A stretch of 62,672 nucleotides of DNA, filler included, from Aduncisulcus paluster (Eukaryota), in assembly GCA_024181965.1 (NCBI GenBank). It is 3 parts of 3 records of this genome, joined end to end, with 100 filler letters (N's around TTAATTAATTAA, not from the genome) between each part and the next. Parts side by side here need not be neighbours in the genome. Positions count along the whole stretch, not along the records: positions 41,923 to 62,672 come from BQXS01012635.1; 2 more parts are not named here. One strand, 5' to 3'. The translations under genes were made by a program, and so were the position numbers. A model generated the notes under the pieces. That model had not been told where the DNA came from, made no database searches, and saw only the letters and a program-made list of their open reading frames with translations. Positions 48,354 through 59,794 of the stretch are shown piece by piece (within the stretch, counting starts at the first letter, position 1; each line of letters begins with the position of its first letter).

Positions 48354-48435
48354 CCTTCTATAGCTCAATTGGAAGAGCATCTGACTGTAGTTTCTAGAAA
48401 TCAGAGGGTTCCTGGTTCGAGTCCGGGTGGAAGGA
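48354..48435 (+). tRNA. tRNA-Tyr (GTA) with 9-nt intron 48391-48399
   Basis: Acceptor stem CCTTCTA/TGGAAGG (C1-G72, A73 eukaryotic Tyr identity), D stem GCTC/GAGC, anticodon arm TCTGA-CTGTAG[TTTCTAGAA]A-TCAGA, T arm CCTGG-TTCGAGT-CCGGG, followed by TTTTT. Confidence 0.95.
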
Positions 48436-49211
48436 TTTTTCCAAAGTGTTGAGAATTGCTGAAATTGTGATCATATTGGAAATTTAACAGTTGAATTGGT
48501 GTTTAATACTTTAAAAAATAAAAGTTATCGAAAAATATACCAATTTGAAAATGTCAATTCTAAAAATAGAAATTCTAAAAATAGATTGAAGAAAAAATAT
48601 TGTGTGTAAATTTGTGAATTTATAATGGTTTATTCAAAAATTTTAAGAAATAATCGAAAATAAGATGAATTTTTGTTTTTCAACGGTGTATTTTCGGTGT
48701 TTGAGGCAAATTGGGACTTAGAAAATGATTTCCACCAAAGAATTGAAATTTTTACAATTATATATCGATGGAAACATGATAAATGGATCGATTTTCTGTG
48801 GATTTACTGCCTTATGATTCAACTTAATGAAATCGAATCCCAAGATTCACCATCTCAAACACTCTTTTCCAGAGATATGTACAGGTTTCTGTGAGATTCT
48901 TAGAATATGAATCGAAGAAAATGTTTATTTATCCTTGTTTTTAGAGGAGTTATATAAATCGACGATTCGAAACACAGGCAAAAGATACAAAAAAAATACA
49001 AGTAAGGGTGAAAGAGATGATACAAATATGCAAAAAGATGTAGAAACCTAATAAAAATTACAATCGATAACATTAAATTTGGAATAAAGACATAATACAA
49101 TACAATATAACTCGATAGCAACAAATCAAATGAAAAAATGAATCAAACAAAATCCTAAAACATAATTGTGACAAAAATTGACTGAAAAATGCCATTCAAA
49201 ACTTGAAAATA

Positions 49212-51528
49212 TTATTCGGATATAAATAACAAACTTGAAATACAACAATATGAACCATTTTGTGTCTCCCAAGAACCACTATCAACACAAATAACACACT
49301 GAACAATATCATCACACGAAACGGGAAGATAGTACCACTCCTTTCCAAAAATAGGAATTGAGAAAATATATCTTCTTTGAATGTATTTTCCTTTAGAATC
49401 AATAAATTTAAATAGCAAAGAAGGAGGCCCTTCATTTTTCTCAATCAAAATATATACACCAGTCAACATAGTTTTCGATACGAATGGAATATGAACCTTA
49501 GAAAACAACAACGAATGATCTCCAATTAACATTCTCTGGGCTTGAGACGTAACACAGTCTTTAGAAGTGAAGAAAGAACTCTTCTCATACACTATTGACG
49601 CAGATACTTTACCAATATTGGGACTGATATACGAAGGATCGGTCTTGGAAACTGGATACTTGCCTTCTTTCCATTCACATTGAAAGATAGACTGGATTTC
49701 ATCAATCTAAAAATAGAATTCAATATTAGAACAAAATATATAAAAAAGAAACCAGAAATACAAAACAAATATAAATATAACATACAATTGTTTGTGCTGA
49801 AATCTTAAGCTCCTTCGCTTGAATTGGATATTTTCCCTCTTCCGCAGATTCTTTACAGAATGCTAATCCAAAAATAAATGTTCGGATGGATTCTTCCTCC
49901 TCAAATTTTCCAACAATTCCAGCTCTAATTTCACAATTTATAACATTTTGAAGACCAATAGGCAAGAAATACCATTCGAATACGCTGCTTTTTTTTGCTC
50001 CAAGTAATTCATATTTCTTCACAGAATACGTACCATCCGAATGAATGAACAATAAAGTAAATTTATCTGGACTTATACATAAATTCACACATATATACAC
50101 ACCTTTCACATTATTGGGGGACATAAATGGGATATTTANNNNNNNNNNNNNNNNNNNNTGAATTGGATATTTTCCCTCTTCCGCAGATTCTTTACAGAAT
50201 GCTAATCCAAAAATAAATGTTCGGATGGATTCTTCCTCCTCAAATTTTCCAACAATTCCAGCTCTAATTTCACAATTTATAACATTTTTAAGACCAATAG
50301 GCAAGAAATACCATTCGAATACGCTGCTTTTTTTTTCTCCAAGTAATTCATATTTCTTCACAGAATACGTACCATCCGAATGAATGAACAATAAAGTAAA
50401 TTTATCTGGACTTATACATAAATTCACACATATATACACACCTTTCACATTATTGGGGGACATAAATGGGATATTTAAATGCGAAAATTCAACACCTTTT
50501 CCAAGGAATGTTTTTTCGGCATCTTTTTCTGACTCTTCAAACTGTGCGCGAAGCATTTGTCTAAATGCACAAGTTACATGGTCAAACTGACATATCCTTG
50601 ATAACTCAAGAGGGATTGATGATTTAGAGTTTTTGACATGTTTTAAAACGAGTTTGGATTTCGAATGTTCAATTTTAGCCTGAACATTACCAATGTCAAG
50701 AGGAATTATACTAGAATCATGGAAACAAATAGGCCTTATCTTTCCTTTTCCACTTTTCAACATTCCCTTTGAGATTGGCTGAGGATTCAAGGATTAAAAT
50801 GAATAATAAAAATATAATTATTGTTTTAAAAATACAAATACAAAAGAAATCTAATACATACAGCTTCTGAAATAAGTTTCTGTCTAAGTTGACGGGTAAT
50901 GGATTCCACAGAAGTTTCTTGACGAACAAAGAACAAATTATTGAGGGTAACACTTTCGTGGTAGAAATTTTCCCAAGTTCCTTTTCCACCAATTTCACAC
51001 TGGACAACATCATACATTTCAAAAGGAAGGAAATACCACTCAGATTCGTTTTGTGGGCGATGAAAAGCATATTTCTTGAACTGTTGAACTTTATCGCATC
51101 CAATAGCTCTAATACACAAGAATAAAGGACCGGTCGACTTCGAAACACATACATACAAACCTTTAATGTGACTTGGAATTGAGAAAGGGATCGATATTTC
51201 TGAAAAAGCAGTGGAAACAGTCGATTCACCTCTAAGCATTGATCGAAAAGCATTAATACAAGAATATTCGAGGGGTTTCTTACTCTTATGTTTAATTATC
51301 TTCCCAGAAACTCTCTCAAATTGGATGGGAACGACGATTGGGTCATCCCGAAAGAATGGAGGAGAAGTCGAATCCCCTACTCCTTTAAAAATAGCTTTGA
51401 TTGGCAAAATCTGAAAAAGAAACGACAAAAGTAAAGCAAAATGAACGATAAAATTAGATATTTATGCCATTGATAAAAAAGTGTTATTCAAAATGAAATT
51501 TTTTCAATCCACATACTTTTTTAGACAT
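49212..51528 (-). CDS. Three-module orphan jelly-roll family gene, 4 exons (51528-51517, 51410-50862, 50778-49786, 49706-49212)
   Basis: Three GTATGT donors (51516, 50861, 49785) and YAG acceptors (51411, 50779, 49707), all phase 0, give one frame MSKK|ILPIKAIF...ISEA|PISKG...AQTI|IDEIQSIF...LFISE*. Exon 3 contains the gap duplication. Confidence 0.85.
49820..50477. repeat. Gap-flanking duplication (49820-50138 vs 50159-50477) with 2 SNPs
   Basis: The copies encode GEKKS/GAKKS and LKNV/LQNV. Confidence 0.93.
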
Positions 51529-52005
51529 TAAAATAGCAAAAACAACAATATTACTGCAAAAGTTATCGGGAATAAATTTAAAATTATTATTCTGAGATTG
51601 CAAAACAACAAATAAAAAAATAATTCCAAAACCTAAGAAATAAGCGTGAAACAATATTCAAAGCACAAAAAAAAATAAATATGTACAAAAGGTCGAAAAG
51701 GAAATTCCTAGTTTGCAGAAATAATCCAAAAATAGAAGATATTAGAATTTCAACAGTGTTGGTCGGATCGAAACACCGATTCAAGATATCACGTGACAAC
51801 AATATAAAGTAAATACCAATACTTCTCAACAACAAAATAATGTCACAATATTTGGAATTTTAAATTCCTATTCGAGCCAAAAAGCATTTTTTTGGATTTT
51901 CATTCTTAGAATGACATTCTATCTCAGTTATTCAGAAGATTATTATCCCTATATCAAATAGAAAATGCAATTCATCATTAATTTTGAATTATTCTTTATT
52001 TATTC

Positions 52006-53501
52006 CTATACACCAACGATCCCTTCAAGCATCCTGATTGCATCTGATACATGGTCATCAAGACGATCATATTTCTTTAGCAACATCCCGATCTCTTTCC
52101 TACTTAGGACTCTAGCAGCAGTCTTTTTCAGACAAACAATATCTTCTCCACGTGCTTCACTCCATTCGATCTCGACATCGATCACGCCACTCTCATTAGC
52201 CTTCATAACAAGCTCAAACACGTCTTTCCTTGAAATACCGCACAGAGAAGCTATTTCATCGAAGGAAGCACGCCGAGACATCCCTTCACGCTTCAAGAAT
52301 AGTGTCAAGAGACCGAAAATACTGGTCTTTTCCCTCATTTCTCTTTGTTTAGAAGCCAAAACATGGAGAGCGATATTACTTTCGAACTTAACCAAATTAT
52401 CTTTGTTTCCCATCCATTCATCAAACAAAATAACATTACCATCCTTAATTACAGACAATAAATGAAGCAAAAAGGCATAATCTTTTGAAGCCGAGATGGA
52501 ATGAGCAAGAGGATGCTCCAAGAAGGGAGAAATATCCCAAACTGACGTGGAAAGCATCAAAGATTTAGCCCCATCGATGGCAAAAGATAGAATGAGCTTA
52601 TCATCAAGGGCAATTCCAGCTTTACGAGCATACCCCCAGAATTCAATCAAGGAACGATAAAAACCATCATAATGTTCACATTTCTTATGAAAAATGGTGA
52701 TACAGTACATAAGAGCGCAATTTAACAAAGGTGGAGCAGAGGAAGAAATTATTTTGGAGAGTTGGAATAGATGTTTTCCAATGACAGATAATGGAGCTCC
52801 AGAAGAAACTAAAAGAAAATGAAGCACAAGACAACGACCTAAAAGAGCTGCATTTTCATCTTTTGTCTCTCGAAGTGAATAAAACACATCTTCAATGAAT
52901 GATTTATGAGTTTCGAGAGGAATATCTTCTAAGATGGCAACAAAAGCATACATGGCCGTATTAAGGGGGGCTATATTCTTAATATAAGGCGTAACGCTAC
53001 TAAGGAAAAAGTCCAATAAATTAACTTCCCGCCTAAACTCGAGATTATTGTATAACCTGTTCAGTTCAACGGAATACTGGTGCCAATATCTTGAAAATAG
53101 AATATAAAATGATATTGATCCCAATAAGTATATAATAATGACAATATTTTGTATAATGTGGAAGAATTAAGGGTACGGAAGAAGATATAATAATTGATAT
53201 AATCATTCAGAAAAATGGGGATAAAACAATAAAATATAAAACTCCCATTAATGAAACATACCTCTTACCAGCAAATTCTTTAAGTTTTTCCATATTATGT
53301 TCCCAAATTAACAAAGATAGCTTGTCACCTTCTTGAAGAACAAGAAGGCAATCCTCAAACAACTAATATCTGATATTGAATATCCGATGAAATTTTATTC
53401 AGAGGGAACTTCCTCAAAAGCTTAAAACAATAAGCAATAATGCTCTATAATATTGATGGATTTATGAGGCAAGGAACTACTAAATCTTTCAAATCAAGCA
53501 T
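52006..53501 (-). CDS. RPN9: 26S proteasome lid subunit Rpn9/PSMD13 (PCI domain), 3 exons (53501-53481, 53362-53262, 53089-52006)
   Basis: KRYWHQ corresponds to KKLWHQ; FLEHPLAHSI...LLHLLSVIKDGNV corresponds to LLMHPVLESL...LIDTLYAFNSGNV; ASFDEIA...VFELVMKA...ARVLSRKEI. Introns are GTAGTT..TAG and GTATGT..AAG. The first exon is less certain. Confidence 0.85.
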
Positions 53502-53578
53502 TATTTCGATAATAATTCCATAATATTAGTTCAATGAACGAAACATATTCAGAATCACCTTCGAAAGTTGACTTATAG

Positions 53579-53827
53579 TTAGCTACCAAATCCAACACTT
53601 GGAGAAGGCAATTCGGTTCTATCCAATATTTCTTTTTTCATCATCTTATTATTTATCTCCAACAATCCATCAAGGGAAGCATTGATTTCATCAGCTAATA
53701 CCTTGGCTTTCACCATTTGGATTGAATGGGTTGAAGGAGCATGAGAGAGAGAAAATACCGTAACCAGTTCTTTAATTGATTTCAAAGATGTTGATATTAA
53801 TTCATCTATCTTGAATGAATCACTCAT
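53579..53827 (-). CDS. Small helical protein (82 aa), possibly Mediator subunit Med22
   Basis: ATG at 53827. Two amphipathic helices; KAKVLADEINASLDGLLEINNKMMKKEIL loosely resembles Med22 'RAANIVRAGESLMKLVSDLKQFLIL'. Family call is weak. Confidence 0.4.
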   Translation of the reverse strand: MSDSFKIDELISTSLKSIKELVTVFSLSHAPSTHSIQMVKAKVLADEINASLDGLLEINNKMMKKEILDRTELPSPSVGFGS

Positions 53828-54051
53828 GCTTTCCAAATTCATTTTTTTTTAAAAATAATGTAAAATTCAAATTAGTTATTTTACAAAAATTTTGTAATTA
53901 TATTCGAAGTAAATATTCATTCTTAATAAAATTTTATCCAATCAGAATTTCATATAACGTATGTACCGACATTTACAAAGCCTTTGTGAGATTCTTTCAG
54001 ATTTGGTCTTGAACCAATAGTAATATTTCCTTAAAATAATAATTTATTTAT

Positions 54052-54927
54052 ATGGCTAGAAAACCAGAGTATAAAACAAATCCTGAACTCTATCGAGGCC
54101 CAATTAAGTATGAAGTTAAGGAATATCCGAGCCTTGCTTTTCTGAAGCAATGGGTACTTGATTATTTTGTTCATAATATTTCTGATGCCGAAATATTTGG
54201 AAAAGCAGCCCATAAAGATCTTAGAATAATTACAGCTCGTGAGTCTACAAATTGTTTTGCTTGTCGAATTGGATGTCGTTCCCCGATCACAAAATGCCCA
54301 TTCGAGATGCCAGTCTACGTTGAAAAAGAAATATATGAATCATCACATATGATCCAAGTTTATTATACCATAAAGATACCCCATAGTGATGAAGCACCTG
54401 GAAGATCTCAAATATCAATCCAAAGATCTAAATCCAAATTGCATGAGACCACAAAGCCATATACGGATCCAATCAAAAGAAGAACTAGTGAGAAAATCTC
54501 CGAACCATTGAGAACTGATGTCAAATATAAACGACTCTCAAAAGATACATTTCCAATTACTCAAGAAGGTTCCTGTTTCTGTATTCGTGCCCCCACCGAT
54601 ATTATTGTTAATACAATGGATTGCACACCTATTCGAACAGGTATTTCCATCGAAATACCTGTGAATTCATATGCCCAACTTCATGTTCCATTTGATCTTG
54701 CAAAAAGAGGGCTTGCGAGAGTTGGAGGAGTTATCGATTCTGATTACAGGGGTGAAATTAAAGTAATATATCAACACATTGGTACTTCAAATGAAAAAAT
54801 TGCTCGGGGTCAACCTCTGGTATATTTTACGATAGATACAATCTTGACTCCAAAAGTACAGGAAGTTTCAAATCTGTCAGAGACAATTCGAGGTGGAAAG
54901 GGCTTTGGATCGTCCGATAGGGAATAA
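54052..54927 (+). CDS. Trimeric-fold dUTPase-like protein with N-terminal MULE/WRKY-like zinc-finger domain
   Basis: C-terminal ~140 aa: IRTGISIEIP, GGVIDSDYRGEIKV (motif III), SETIRGGKGFGSS (motif V). N-terminus: YPSLAFLKQWVLDY...CRIGCRSPITKCPFEM...IQVYYTIKIPH. Confidence 0.85.
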   Translation: MARKPEYKTNPELYRGPIKYEVKEYPSLAFLKQWVLDYFVHNISDAEIFGKAAHKDLRIITARESTNCFACRIGCRSPITKCPFEMPVYVEKEIYESSHMIQVYYTIKIPHSDEAPGRSQISIQRSKSKLHETTKPYTDPIKRRTSEKISEPLRTDVKYKRLSKDTFPITQEGSCFCIRAPTDIIVNTMDCTPIRTGISIEIPVNSYAQLHVPFDLAKRGLARVGGVIDSDYRGEIKVIYQHIGTSNEKIARGQPLVYFTIDTILTPKVQEVSNLSETIRGGKGFGSSDRE

Positions 54928-55137
54928 CTGACTTTACAGCTGAATATAGAAAATCATAAAGCTAATTTTATTTATTCCATCTCTATTATTTCTAATATTG
55001 TCAATAAAAATAGTATTATCCTCGCTGTGAATCCTGCAAAAAATTTGAATGATTTTTCTGCATCCATATTTGAGGTAGAGTATACATTTTATTAATAATA
55101 GATATTAATATAAATTGGTATTATTAGATATAAAATA

Positions 55138-58100
55138 ATGCCACCATATACCTCACATATTCCCGTTCCAGCAAAATCTGCTCTTATGGATGATAATAGT
55201 GATGTAAAACCCGGAATATTTGGCATTTCATCCTCTATATCACCCGTATACTCACATACAAAAGTTGATTCTCCAATCATGACAGTAACAAACCTGAGAG
55301 AAAGATCTGCTAAAAAAATACCAACCCATTCACAACATACTGCAAAAACTACACCAAAAGACTATTCTACAAAAGCACAATTGCTTAAATCATTGTTGTT
55401 CCAACTTAAAGAAAAAAAAGATGGAATATCCAATCAAGATAAAGATGATATTGAGTTATTGATTGAGGAAGTCACCCATGATTCTCCGATACCATCTACA
55501 AAACTAAAAAAACAAGATAATATCCAGTCCAAACGCGAAGATAAGCCCCAAATAGCATTTAAAGCTCCACAAAAAGTTTGGAGTGCAAAAAAAGTTCCTA
55601 AGATAGCAAATGTGAGTCGAAGTTCTAAAAAACCTTTATTTACATCAAAACCAATGGAAACTTCACCTTTTGACGATTCTTATTCAGCCGATAGAAAATC
55701 GACAAAATCCTCCATTCCTTCTGGTTGGAATCATTTTGATCAAGCTATTTCAGAGACAAAACCTCAGACAAAAGTGAAAACAAAATCGAAAATAAGTGAA
55801 AAACAAAGTTCAATTCAACAATTTCCCACCCAACCAGACATTTCTGAACCAAGAATGCCGAAACTTGGTTATCCATTAAAGAGTGCTCCATTCCCTTCCA
55901 AACACCAAACTGGTTTAAATATTGTGAACATTCGCCAGCAGAATGAAGATTTTCGGTTGGACAAAGTACATATTCCCAGAAACCAACTTACTGCTGATAT
56001 CTGGCTCCCTAAGTCTGTTTCTTCACCACCCTTCACCCCATTGTCTCATTTAGAACAAATTGCGCAATCTTCAGGTCCCAAAATAGATCCCCACCAACTT
56101 CCATATGCTTCTTCTCATGCGATTCCATCTCCTCCAGCTCCGATCTCATTTCCCCCCAATGATAAAGGTATTTCTACTTCTCTCCCCTCTCATCTGGCCA
56201 CAGAAGAGGGTGCCATGCCTCCACATGAAGAAATAGAGGATGATCCATTTCTGCGAATTCTCTCGGTCGTTCCAACCTCCTTCCATCAAGAGTTCCACGA
56301 TTTCATTAATAATCACACGAAACATAATGTAGATCTTGCTCGTGAGGAGTGGGAGAAAGCATCCACACAATCTCCCCCACGTCGTTTGGATTCCTCCGCA
56401 ACAATTCAGTTCCATTCACCCCGAGGCCCTCCCAGAGAACTCAAGGTTGAGCAAGGATCAAATATAACGACTCTCACTGTGTCTCCAACAGTCACATCAC
56501 CCTCTCTCCCATCCCATGATACCCACGACGACATTTCCACCACTGGAACATCGAATGTATCTCGTCCTCCTCCTCAGCACACAGCACGAGAAGTTATGGC
56601 AGCGAAAATATCCTCCTTGCAAGAATTATGGACAGTGGAAAAGGAGCAAATGGAACATCGTGTTGATGTATTGGGTCAAAAAAAGTCAGACGAGATCCGT
56701 GATTTGTCCATCAGAATCACACAGCTTGGGAAAGATAGAGATGCAATTATCGCAAGAGTCAACAATATTCAAACTTTACATCAACAATTTCAGAATCTTC
56801 AAGATATTTTGATGAAATCGGAACAAGATAAGAAATCCCTCCAGGAAAAACTCAAATCGTCACATAAGAAAAACTCTGAAATTGTATTTCAAATGAAAGA
56901 ACTTGAATCCTCAGTACATTCTACTAAAGAATCCTTGAAGGTGAGTGAAGAGAAGATCGTTTCGATGCGATTGGAAAAGGATTCATTGTCTTCACGAATA
57001 CAAGAACTTGAGGCGATCCAATCCCAAACCCAAGCAGAACATTCCTCGTTATCTCTCCAAATTGATCATTTGAACGATGCCAATGATAAACTAAAGAAAG
57101 AAATATCTGCTCTCAAAGTCTCTATCGATTCAAAACCATTGACTATTGAAACATCAATTCAGACTGATGCTTTTCAGTTACCTTTTGATCCTTCAATGAG
57201 TCTCGATGAATATGAAACCCTTCTTGAGAAATATCAAACGATCGATGAAGAGCTACATTTACTGATTGAGGATAAGAGAGAACTTGAGAGAGATGTTGAG
57301 GAAGCAGCCGAGCGTGAGAAAGTATTGATTGAACGTGCTTCAAATGCCGAGAATGAAGCTCTAAGAATTTTACGAGACGATGAAGAGAAGAGGAAAGTGA
57401 GAGATGAGGAAGATAGGAAGCGAATACTTATTTATGACAAGGAGGTCGAAGAGTTGAAAAAGAAGCTTGAAGAGCAAGACAATATAATTAAAAAAGTTCT
57501 CTCTTCCTCTTTGCAGGAATTGAATGAAGAAGAAGAAGAAGAGGGAGAAGAAGAAAAAGAGGGAGAGGAAGAAGAAGAGGGAGAAGGAAAAGAATCTTCT
57601 ATTTTTAGAAGTGGTGAGAAAGAAGAAATAATCACCGATCGTGACATGTCTTTCCACTCACTTTCTCTTCAAAGAGCTATAAAAAAAGGGAAGAAATGGA
57701 AAGATAAGTGTTGTACTCTTTCAGAAAGAGTTCAAACCATGGAAGTTGTTCTGAAGAAGCTTGGGGATGAACTTGAATTGAAAGATCGAGAAGATGATCG
57801 TATGAAAGAGATTCTGCAGATAGAACAGACAGCGAGAGAGCAAAAAAATCAGCTTTTAAATGATCGAGAAAATGAGCTATTACGACGTGAACAGACTTTA
57901 TTGGAGCGTGAGAAAGAGATTGATCAAAGAGAAGAAGAAGGAGAAGAAGAAAAAGAGGGAGAGGAAGAAGAAGAGGGAGAAGGAAAAGAATCTTCTATTT
58001 TTAGAAGTGGTGAGAAAGAAGAAATAATCACCGATCGTGACATGTCTTTCCACTCACTTTCTCTTCAAAGAGCTATAAAAAAAGGGAAGAAATGGAAAGA

Positions 58101-59794
58101 TAAGTGTTGTACTCTTTCAGAAAGAGTTCAAACCATGGAAGTTGTTCTGAAGAAGCTTGGGGATGAACTTGAATTGAAAGATCGAGAAGATGATCGTATG
58201 AAAGAGATTCTGCAGATAGAACAGACAGCGAGAGAGCAAAAAAATCAGCTTTTAAATGATCGAGAAAATGAGCTATTACGACGTGAACAGACTTTATTGG
58301 AGCGTGAGAAAGAGATTGATCAAAGAGAAGAAGAAATTGATAAAATGACAAGGTGAAGCTCTAAGAATTTTACGAGACGATGAAGAGAAGAGGAAAGTGA
58401 GAGATGAGGAAGATAGGAAGCGAATACTTATTTATGACAAGGAGGTCGAAGAGTTGAAAAAGAAGCTTGAAGAGCAAGACAATATAATTAAAAAAGTTCT
58501 CTCTTCCTCTTTGCAGGAATTGAATGAAGAAGAAGAAGAAGAAGAGGGAGAAGAAGAAAAAGAGGGAGAGGAAGAAGAAGAGGGAGAAGGAAAAGAATCT
58601 TCTATTTTTAGAAGTGGTGAGAAAGAAGAAATAATCACCGATCGTGACATGTCTTTCCACTCACTTTCTCTTCAAAGAGCTATAAAAAAAGGGAAGAAAT
58701 GGAAAGATAAGTGTTGTACTCTTTCAGAAAGAGTTCAAACCATGGAAGTTGTTCTGAAGAAGCTTGGGGATGAACTTGAATTGAAAGATCGAGAAGATGA
58801 TCGTATGAAAGAGATTCTGCAGATAGAACAGACAGCGAGAGAGCAAAAAAATCAGCTTTTAAATGATCGAGAAAATGAGCTATTACGACGTGAACAGACT
58901 TTATTGGAGCGTGAGAAAGAGATTGATCAAAGAGAAGAAGAAATTGATAAAATGACAAGGGATATCGATATGCCAAGATGGAATATTGGAAAAGATGATT
59001 TTAAGGAGAAAATAGAGAGAGAAGAGGGAGAGAGAGAAGAGGGAGAGAGAGAAGATAGTATGTCCGATTTACCCCCATTATTTGATGATCATGAACCAAC
59101 TTCTCAAACATCTCAAACGAAAAGTACAGAACTCTATCTGCCTATCACAGCTTCAACTCATGTAAATTCTCACCTATCAAGGACATCTGCTCCCCTTTCC
59201 TCTTCTTCTTCTCCTTATTCGTCCCAAAATAGGACCACACCTTCTCAAAAAGTGATATCCCCAAGTCAACAAACGTCAACGATTGCTCAAGCCTTTATGT
59301 TAGATCCTATCAGAACTCCGGAACCGGTAGCATCCGTGTCTCGACCCCGAATGGCAGCCACGACCATGAGTTTCCCCAAGACAACATCTTCTAGACCTCC
59401 TGCCATATCTTCAACCATGGTTCCTCGACCTCCTTCCCTCTCAAGTACCTCCCTCTCAAGCACTGTCCAATTCACTGGTCAACAGCCTTACACTTCCTCT
59501 CTCGCTTCTGATCATAACCCATCAGTTTTCTCTTCCTCATCTTCCTCACGTATGAGCCTTGGCCCTCCTTCTCCTCGTTCAATGAGATCAAGCCAGCATC
59601 ATGGTAAAATATCCTCAGAGATACGTGGTGGAGTGGTACTTTCTGGCAGAAAAGGAGCAATGGCACGTCCTTATATCCCTGGTGACCGATCAATGGCTTC
59701 GATGGGTCAAAATAGAGCATCTTTTAAGCCAAGAGCTCGACTACCACGATCAACACATAGTCTTGATAAAAAACCCAATCAAAAACGATTCTAA
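55138..59794 (+). CDS. Large Pro/Ser-rich plus coiled-coil protein (about 1,200 aa after collapsing the internal triplication)
   Basis: ORFs 55138-58356 and 58397-59794 share near-identical sequence; disordered ends flank a central coiled coil. Confidence 0.75.
57354..58940. repeat. Near-identical tandem triplication (396-bp unit; third copy offset 1000 nt and out of frame)
   Basis: 57601 matches 57997 (offset 396) and 57361 matches 58361 (offset 1000); the third copy has one extra GAA. Confidence 0.9.

Noticed and set aside
52006..53124. eIF3m or CSN7 assignment of the PCI protein
   Set aside because: WHQ, HP...S, ELVMKA and RVL motifs fit Rpn9/PSMD13 better.
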